Source: Macrostomum lignano
Lineage: Eukaryota
Reading direction: 5' to 3'
Assembly: GCA_002269645.1 (NCBI GenBank)
Contig: NIVC01000172.1
Location: 272,558 to 336,557 of the forward strand
DNA length: 64,000 nucleotides
The notes beneath the pieces were generated by a model, which saw only the letters and a program-made list of their open reading frames with translations, searched no databases and was not told where the DNA came from. Shown piece after piece: positions 51,161 to 60,471 of the stretch. The stretch's first letter is position 1. Every line of letters starts with the position of its first letter. A program made the position numbers and the translations under genes.

Positions 51161-53863
51161 CAACTATTTATTTCAGGTCCAAAGGTGATCAGCTGAGGTG
51201 CCGAGACCGACCAGTCCTGGTAAAAGCGCCCCAGTCTTGATTCGGTTCCCATTTAACGGACAAACAGACCTCATATTACATGTGCAATACATTTTTATAA
51301 CTTGTAAAAATAAAAGAGTTACGTAAAAAATCTCGCCAGAGCTGCTGCATCGAGTAGCAGAACAGCTTCAGACAGACTGAATCGCTTGTACTCTATAATA
51401 TATGCTTCATACTGGACTGCCCTTTGTTTTCATCATCAATTCATTTCCTAAAAGCAGCAACCAGAAGCACGCCGGTTGTGTGCTTCGCCGTTCTCTCAAG
51501 TGCTGCCCGAAATTAATTCAGCATTCAAAAACTCTGAGAAGAGTTGGCCGCCAGATTTTGACTCAGAAGAACATGCAGCCACACACACCCAAATAATTGA
51601 TCTCCACTTGTGGGCGAGGCTGGTCTCTCTCCCAGATTTCCTACAGCTTTCGCTGAGCGATGCAATCTTTAAATAGGGAAATTGTGTGTGTGTGAGAGAG
51701 AGGAGAGATGGAGCTTTATGGCCTGGAGACCGAAATCTGGCAGACCGGTCCTGAGCTCATCGATAACGTTTTATTGAATGCGCTGGCCTCCAGCAGCTGC
51801 TCTCTCCTGCTGTGCAGTTCTTGAGGGCACTTGAGGATCGGGCCGTGCGTGGGGGGTAGCTATGAGACTAGTAAGGGGTGGCAAAGAAGACCCTTGGCCA
51901 AGTATTTCTAATTGGTTACATGCAACTCAGAGGTTTACTGCTGGCTTCATTTATTGATTAATTTTAATCAACGATGATTTCCTGTTCATTTCTGTTCTGA
52001 TAGGCTCCATGCAAGCTCATGACGTGCTAAAATATGTATCTATTTTTAACCGAGAAACGGTGTTTTCATAGCCATACTGAGCTGCCAATTACTTGTCATT
52101 CTGGCTTTATTGAATGCTACTCCCTTCAAGCTGAAGCTACGTAAAAGGTCACTCAGACACTGCCTGGCTCAAACGCAAGAATTAAAGCGATTTGAATGGA
52201 CTGGAGAGTCCTAAGCCAGAAAGTGCCTCCGAGAGTCCGTTCCCTTGTGGCTCGACCTCCCCCCCCCCATGTTCCAGCAAGGCGACCTTTGAGCCACTCG
52301 AGCGAGTCCGTCACCTATGATTTGATCAGGCAAATCATAACTGGATTATGTGACTCAACTGGGCCGTGCTGGGAGACGCCAACGTGGGGCAGTCTGAAGG
52401 ATTGACTTTCCCGGACTCGGAATCGGCGGTCTCAAAGTCTCGGCTTGAGCTGCCCATCGGTCTTCGTTCAAGTGCCGCTTAAGGTGTGCGAGAGAATAAT
52501 GACGATTCTTCAACTCTGAGTTAGTTGAGGCCCTCTTCTAAGCTTACTTTCCCAGACGGCTGAGTTGCGCCACTGTCGGAGAACTTGAGCAGTTCTCTGC
52601 AATCTGACTGTCGGTTGTCTGGTTAAAAATTTTCTGAAACCTTGACCCCCAGATTTTGTACTTCAGTGTTTTTTGGGACACTTTGATCCCGAGTTAATTG
52701 GGAAAATAAACCGGCAAATACTGCCTCCAGAAGCCTGTGTGGAGCGACGAATCAGTGGGGGGCGCCACGGTCCCCTACATCCAAGGCTACAGAGCTTTGA
52801 GCCTTGCTCAAGGATGCCTAGCTGGACACTGTCTTGGCTTTAGCCTTCTAAACCACTGAAGCGTTTTTCGCCATTTGCTCTTCTTAAAGCAATGTTGAAA
52901 TTTTAGCTGGGGAAAAGTTTTAAGTCTTGAATTTGTTTGGCACGCAAAGTCCCCATCCTCAAACTGTCTGTGTATCTATCCCTTTCTCTCTATCTCAGTG
53001 GTTCTTTCAGTACCGAGAGCCGGGTTTGACTTTTTTTCACAGTCTTCAAAGCAAGCCTTTTCGTTATTTTCTCGCTTCGCTGCGCCGGCAACTTTGAAAG
53101 GAGAAACGGCCGGCTCTCTTTCTTTTCGAGGGGAAGAACCGAAAAATCTTGCTGATCCAGTCCGACCGATTCCAGCCCGTAACACTCTGGATATGCTACT
53201 CGAAGTTGAAAGTAGCCATGTGAGCAAAGTAGCAACCAGACATTATCTACGATAAATGATGCTTGTTACAAGAACTGATGTTGCATGCCTGACTTGCAAG
53301 TAAATCTACGTACGGCAGGTAGAGCTCATTAGTTGGTTCGACATCAGTTTTGAATGCAGTGCAGGTGAATGCTGAGTTGAAAGGAATTCCTGAATTACAA
53401 TTCAGCCCCCTATGGCTATCCTTAGATAGAAAACGAATAAAATTTCCAACAAGACAGGCTGCCCCTATTTCTCTCGGGTTCCCTAGTCAGGGAATAATGA
53501 GCCCTGTTCCACCTTAGCTGCTCTACGTCATGAGCTAAAGGATTTTCCTCAGACAATATGAGAAGAGATGAGGTTTCCAAATGAATAGAAAGTATAGAGG
53601 AGACTCGTGCTGCATGGGGGGACGACCTGACTTTGCTTGGCTTCCAAGTCGTGTAATATTGGATGAAAATGCTGCACAGATCTGCTGTGCAGGCTATCGG
53701 AACAGATCGATATAAGAGTGCACCTGTTTGCACCTATCACTACTCCTACGATCGTAATTATAGGTTGGTAATCAAGTTGCATCCAGTTTTCAGTTCGCCT
53801 GCACTTAAACTGCTTGACTATTTCTTGTTTAGTGATTTCACCACAGAAAGTGTGAGCTTTTAG

Positions 53864-54113
53864 ATGTATGTATGTATGTATGTATGTATGTATGTATGTA
53901 TGTATGTATGTATGTATGTATGTATGTATGTATGTATGTATGTATGTATGTATGTATGTATGTATGTATGTATGTATGTATGTATGTATGTATGTATGTA
54001 TGTATGTATGTATGTATGTATGTATGTATGTATGTATGTATGTATGTATGTATGTATGTATGTATGTATGTATGCATGTATGTATGTATGTATGTATGTA
54101 TGTATCTATGTAT
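53864..54113. repeat. (TATG)n microsatellite
   Basis: Direct. Confidence 0.98.
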
Positions 54114-56831
54114 GAATTTAATTGAAAGCATCTATCTATCTCAACTACAATTACGAATTAGAAACTCGGAAAAAACTATAAATTTAATATAATACTACAA
54201 TTTAAGCTAAAATTTACTAAAAATTAATTCACTGTTCTCCATCTGAAGTCCATCATGAATCCCCTTAAAAAGTTTCACGATGGAAGGGGCTTCATAAACC
54301 AACGAGTGTTGCCTGATTGTCCGAAATGCTCCCAGATCTATTAATAACTGCATGGCCTCCCCGCTCTCAGCTGCCACAAGAGCATCACGGAAGTGACGGT
54401 TCCCTGTCGACTTTTTAGCGGCTAAATTTGTTATACCGTTAGACCAAGCCGCTGTGAGGTACCGACCGCATGCAAGGCTGCTGGCTGTAAGTGCAGTCAG
54501 CCAATGAGAGCCGCCTGAGTAGGCGGTTCCCTTATTATTTCTCTTCTATGCAGTCAGGCCAGACGATAGGGCGAGAAGAGGGAAGGAGACTCATGCCGGA
54601 TCCGTGATGCGCGCGAAAGATATGAATTGTGCCGATAAGTACTAAAGCCACTCTTGGCTTTGTTGACTCGCAAAACCGGTCGTTTCCTCGCCCAACAGGA
54701 CTTTTGCGGAGAAGCGTTCAAAGCGAAATTGTGAGTTTATCTTCGCTTCTTCTCTTGTACTAATTATTTAGCAGCTCCGCTCGCGGCCAACGTTATCTGG
54801 TGCTTGACTTGTGCACAGCCATGGGGAGGGGGGCCAGCCCCCATCAAGGCACAGAAACTGTACATGCCTGACGATTAGAAAGTCAGGGCCGATGGGCAGA
54901 AATGCCTCGGCGTTGATTGCATGATGATGTCAGCAAAGGCGTTGCGCCAGTGTGCCTGCAACCAGGATAAAAACAGGAAAAACAGGACCGAGAGTTGAGT
55001 TAAACTGACAAGGGCCGACTTCCGATTAAACTGTTGAATAGAGCCTGGGATCGTGTACTAATTATTTCAATCATTAATTTTCCATTACGGATATGAAATT
55101 TTTTCGCCCGCGTCCTTGATTTGAAACCAAGAGATCCGAGATATATTTTTTACAGTTAGGAAATAAAATTTCGTCACGGGATCTAGGCTTAAATCAATAA
55201 CAATAATTAGCGACTCAAATTGCAAAAATGGGAGCTAAAACGGGGCTTATCTCTCACACAGCTCAGGCCCATCTCTTGATGAAGAAATGTTGAAACTGGC
55301 CGATAAGCGCACCTACAGGTACCCAACACTTTCCTACACAGCAAATTTCGATTTGGTACGAACTGGCAAAAACAGATTAACAAATCTTTGACTAACACAC
55401 CTGGGCAATTTCTGAGAATTATGGCAACTATGATACACGCACCTTTCTTAGAAACAGATCTAGCTGTGATAAACACAGCTCAATTATGCATCCATGTTTC
55501 CGTAAAAACACATTTCAACACCCTATGAGTAGCGCATGCATTTCAACTCTACCATTTCTGAGACCCAGATCGTGAACACTGCCAGTGACTCTGAGCTTGT
55601 TCCTGGTTGCTAGAAAAGTACAGCGTTGTAGATTTTCCGCGGCCTGCGGGACGAAAGAATCGAAATCGGAGGCTTAACTGCATCATCTTACTAAGCTAAG
55701 CGATAGCGTCTTGTCGATAGCCGTTCGCCATCGTTGGAGTTGCAGTTCTCTATCAGTCCACTTGATGCTCCTTTGACATATACTGCCTATACTCGTAGCA
55801 TAAGGCGAGATTTCTGTAGAATATCTCGCTATCTGCCTCTTTATTTGATCTCGCACCGAACACGACCCGCTTCTCCAGTCATCCGTTGGAGAAGCTCTCA
55901 TTACTCAGCCCACTCGCTACATAACAAGAGACAATCGGCTAAAAAGAGACTCACGAAGAGCTGCTTCCTGATCGAGGCAAAAGGCTCAACAAGCCGCTAG
56001 AATGTCACGGATATGCTATTTTTAGTTTATGGAAGATGCACTTTAAGAGTTTGTACTGGCTGGAGGAACAGAGCTTTCCAGTCAATTAGTTAATCAAGAC
56101 AGTAGGGACTGAGAGTATAAGTCTTAATCTATCAAATCGAGCTCTCGACAAAGATAAGCCACTTAGTACTTTGTATTCCTTTACTCTTTAGTGGGACAAG
56201 CCTCTAAGAATATCAGGAAATACAGTGTATAGGCACTCAAACTTGTGTACTATGATGCAGTGGCATATGCAGTTGAAGGTTGAGTGTGCTGAGTCGCGTG
56301 CGTACATGTACTACCACATTTGAGCTCCTAAGTAGTCGAAAAATAAACTACCGAGTATTTTCCTATTTTAATAGTTGGAATGCCAAGCCATTTTGTCCGC
56401 CCGTCAAGACCACACGTCAGACCAAATGTGTCTGCATCAGCTCTATGCTCGTTGGTCTGTGGCCACTTGTGCTACCTGTGCCACACGTTGAAGGTCTAGA
56501 AGCTCCGCTTGGGGAAGGCTAGTGACCAACGATGTCAGAAATGATGCAGACACGTGTGGTCCACGTGCTGATGAAATTTTCCGGCTTGAAAAGGCCGCAC
56601 TGAGGCGCAGTGCTGTATTGAACACACTAGCGCTTATGGGAAAAAATCCGACCTTCTGGTAGAATCGTTGAATATCTCGACGGTCCAGAGGGCTTGGCAA
56701 CTTGGTTCTTGTTTGAAAAGGTGCTTAAATAGCTTTACTTTTGTTGAAATGCAATGAATGCAATCTTTTCTTGGACATTTTTTATATTGGTCTTTTTTTA
56801 ATAAAAACCGATTTTCAGCAGCTCCGACTTC

Positions 56832-57488
56832 ATGCCCGAACAGAGCTGCGACTATCGAGTAGCCGTGTTCGGTTCCGCCGGAGTCGGCAAGTCCTCCCTG
56901 GTGCAACGGTTTATTCGCGGCACATTCAAGGAGGCCTACACCCCTACAGTTGAGGACACGTACCGCCAGGTTATTAGCAATGATAAACAGGTGTGTACGC
57001 TGCAGATCACGGACACAACCGGTTCGCACCAGTTCCCGGCAATGATGCGACTCAGCATGAGCAAGGGTCACGCGTTTGTCCTCGTGTACTCGGTGACCGC
57101 TCGGGCCAGCCTGATCGAGCTGAATACTGTGGTCAGTGAGCTGCGCGAGATCAAAGGCGCCGACATTGCCAGCACGCCGGTGATGCTGGTGGCGAATAAG
57201 TGCGACGAACCGGCCAGCAGCCGGGAGGTGAGCCGCGACGCCGGAGCTGCCGTGGCCGCCAGATGGAACTGCGGCTTCATTGAGACGTCGGCCAAGGAGA
57301 ACGTGAACGTCAGCGAAGCCTTCGTCCAGCTACTGCGCATGGACAAGGAGCGCGACATGGCGCTGCTGTGTGAGGCCGCCTGGCAGCAGCCCTTAGCAAC
57401 ATCCGGTGCCTCGTCCGGTAGAGGCCGCGGCAGCGGTAGCGGCTCAACAAATCGCAGATCGGGCAGTCGAAAGTGTGCCCTCATGTAG
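56832..57488 (+). CDS. DIRAS: Di-Ras small GTPase, intronless CDS, 218 aa
   Basis: [27 protein letters not shown]...[13 protein letters not shown] and [26 protein letters not shown] are DIRAS1/2 signatures; NKCD, ETSAK and C-terminal CAAX box CALM. Confidence 0.95.
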   Translation: MPEQSCDYRVAVFGSAGVGKSSLVQRFIRGTFKEAYTPTVEDTYRQVISNDKQVCTLQITDTTGSHQFPAMMRLSMSKGHAFVLVYSVTARASLIELNTVVSELREIKGADIASTPVMLVANKCDEPASSREVSRDAGAAVAARWNCGFIETSAKENVNVSEAFVQLLRMDKERDMALLCEAAWQQPLATSGASSGRGRGSGSGSTNRRSGSRKCALM

Positions 57489-58429
57489 CAGAAAAGCATT
57501 CATTGCCCTACTTATCTGTATGTGTGTGCGATATAGTGTTGTGTTTTCCACTGAGCGTGACACGGTCAGACAAGACACTTTTCATTTCTTCAGCTCTTGT
57601 CTTACTCTTTTTAGACTAGCGTTCGTAGAAAGCAAAAAGTTCCTGCTTGCGAAAGCGAATTGCGAACGTGCTGTTTCCAGAATGCGAGCCAATACTCGGG
57701 TCACGCGTTTGTTCAAAAGATGAGTCGAAAAGTTGTTTACCAGATTTGTATATAACTATATATTTTTGTTGCATTGCGACCCTGTAACTACGGCAACTTT
57801 GGAAAAAATTCCCACGATACATTGAGAGAGGGCACTCTAGCTTGTTTGTTGAGCTGGTTGTTGCGATTCTACATGTAATACTTCAGTAAAAACTTAATAA
57901 ATCATCTATTTTTAATCCTCCAGAAGTCGTAGAGCATTTCTGTGTCATGAGAGAAATGTAACTAACTATAATTTAGCCTAAAGGCTACTAAAGACTTCTA
58001 ATTTTTTAAGACGGTGCACACACCATCTATAGTGATCAAGTCACCTAATGGGCCGTATGCAGAAAGCTTAGTCCCGGGACTGGATGGTTTTGAAATCGGT
58101 ATGCACAAAACCAAATCGAGACCAATCTAGGCAGGCTAGACCGAACCGAACGCCCAACTTAGGCGACATTTTTAAAGGATTCCCGCTGTCTATGGTCCAA
58201 ACTGATACATTTCTTGTAGAGGAGACAGATAATTAGATAGCCAGAATAAAGAAGATAGCCGCTCCATTACGCATCTAGAAGAGAACCGTATAGATAGATC
58301 ACCCTTGTTGCAGAAGATCCTCGAGTAGTGAACTGACCCAATTCACTGCCCAGTTGACCTCAAGAAAGGTGTACTGTTATCTGGCATCAAAAAGGGCCTG
58401 GACATTAATTAATCGAATGGTAGTTTTTT

Positions 58430-58540
58430 AGTTGCCAAATTCGTCCGGAAATCGGATAGCAATAGCACCGATTACATGGAGCAGTTGCCAAATTCGTCCG
58501 GAAATCAGATAGCAATAGCACCGATTACATGGAGCAGTTG
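58430..58540. repeat. 53-bp tandem duplication adjoining the left end of the transposon
   Basis: AGTTGCCAAATTCGTCCGGAAATC(G/A)GATAGCAATAGCACCGATTACATGGAGC at 58430 and 58483. Confidence 0.9.
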
Positions 58541-58545
58541 ACAAA

Positions 58546-59865
58546 GGGGATGTCAACTTAAGCACCAGAATGGAGCCCGAAGTTCAGCTCCGGACCAAAC
58601 CGACTGCAATCGATAACTTGTCGGCCCAGACGACTAGAATCGCCGAGACATCCCATCCGGCTCCCTTCCTTGGGGTCCCAGGGGATAAAGGGGATAAAAT
58701 GGGGATCTCATGTCAACTTAAGGCTCTGGAATGGAGCCCGAAGTTCAGCTCCGGACCAAACCGACTGCAATCGATAACTTGTCGGCCCAGACGAGTAGAA
58801 TCGCCGAGACATCCCATCCGGCTCCCTTCCTTGGGGTCCCAGGGGATAAAGGGGATAAAATGGGGATCTCATGTCAACTTAAGGCTCTGGAATGGAGCCC
58901 GAAGTTCAGCTCCGGACCAAACCGACTGCAATCGATAACTTGTCGGCCCAGACGACTAGAATCGCCGAGACATCCCATCCGGCTCCCTTCCTTGGGGTCC
59001 CAGGGGATAAAGGGGATAAAATGGGGATCTCATGTCAACTTAAGGCTCTGGAATGGAGCCCGAAGTTCAGCTCCGGACCAAACCGACTGCAATCGATAAC
59101 TTGTCGGCCCAGACGACTAGAATCGCCGAGACATCCCATCCGGCTCCCTTCCTTGGGGTCCCAGGGGATAAAGGGGATAAAATGGGGATCTCATGTCAAC
59201 TTAAGGCTCTGGAATGGAGCCCGAAGTTCAGCTCCGGCCCAAACCGACTGCAATCGATAAGTTGTCGGCCCAGACGACTAGAATCGCCGAGACATCCCAT
59301 CCGGCTCCCTTCCTTGGGGTCCCAGGGGATAAAGGGGATAAAATGGGGATCTCATGTCAACTTAAGGCTCTGGAATGGAGCCCGAAGTTCAGCTCCGGCC
59401 CAAACCGACTGCAATCGATAAGTTGTCGGCCCAGACGACTAGAATCGCCGAGACATCCCATCCGGCTCCCTTCCTTGGGGTCCCAGGGGATAAAGGGGAT
59501 AAAATGGGGATCTCATGTCAACTTAAGGCCCTGGAATGGAGCCCGAAGTTCAGCTCCGGACCAAACCGACTGCAATCGATAACTTGTCGGCCCAGACGAC
59601 TAGAATCGCCGAGACATCCCATCCGGCTCCCTTCCTTGGGGTCCCAGGGGATAAAGGGGATAAAATGGGGATCTCATGTCAACTTAAGGCCCTGGAATGG
59701 AGCCCGAAGTTCAGCTCCGGACCAAACCGACTGCAATCGATAAGTTGTCGGCCCAGACGACTAGAATCGCCGAGACATCCCATCCGGTTTCAAGTGACGA
59801 AGCTCTATTCAATTCGAATATCGCATTAGCGGGTGTATTTTATTTCAGCTATTATACATTGATTG
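58546..59865 (+). repeat. Left TIR: seven 160-161-bp units, a partial eighth and about 78 bp of unique inner sequence
   Basis: ATGTCAACTTAAG at 58550, 58710, 58871, 59032, 59193, 59354, 59515, 59676; the array stops at CATCCGG 59787. Confidence 0.95.
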
Positions 59866-60471
59866 TTAAGTAATAAAAATGATTTGCTCGTATCGAAACC
59901 TGTTAAAAATGCTGATCTGGAAACTCAGTTTGAAAAAATTAACTTGTAAATTCGTTTGGTTATTAGTAAGCAGAACTTTTGACGATAAACCGAAACCATG
60001 TATATTGGTAAAATAAAGAATATCACGCAAGGCTGTACAAGTTATGACGTAATGGATACAAAGCATATCATGCAAAGCTGTACAAGTTATCAAAGTAATA
60101 AAAACAAAGCATGTCATGCAAAGCAGCACACGTTTTTAAGCAAATAAAGTAACGCCTCTCACGCAAAGCTTAGTAAAATCATAATTGCAAAAGTTTCTCA
60201 GTCCTAAGAAACGGTTTTTGGGTTTAAGTTCTTTGCTTCAGTAAAAAATACTTCCAATTTTTAGTTAATTGTGAGTCTAAAAGAAATTGAAACAACTAAT
60301 TCAAAGCTTTTGTTATTTGATGTCAGTCTGAATTATCTTCACATGTAACCTATGGTACGTAAAGAATGCGTGAGATGACATTGTTTCTTAATCTGCATGT
60401 CCTTTAAAATCTGCAATACAAAACGTACAGTACACTCGCTTAAAACAATTGTATTTTCGCTAAAAATGCTT

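Noticed and set aside
58550-59787. Regularly spaced repeats as a CRISPR array, and the repeated 122-aa ORFs (MEPEVQLRTKPT...) as genes
   Set aside because: Units are contiguous and near-identical with no unique spacers, the context is eukaryotic, and no cas genes are present. The ORFs are by-products of the 161-bp periodicity.
59866-60129. Second transposon gene (87-aa ORF)
   Set aside because: Short, non-ATG start, overlaps short spacer repeats, and has no Myb/SANT or nuclease motif.
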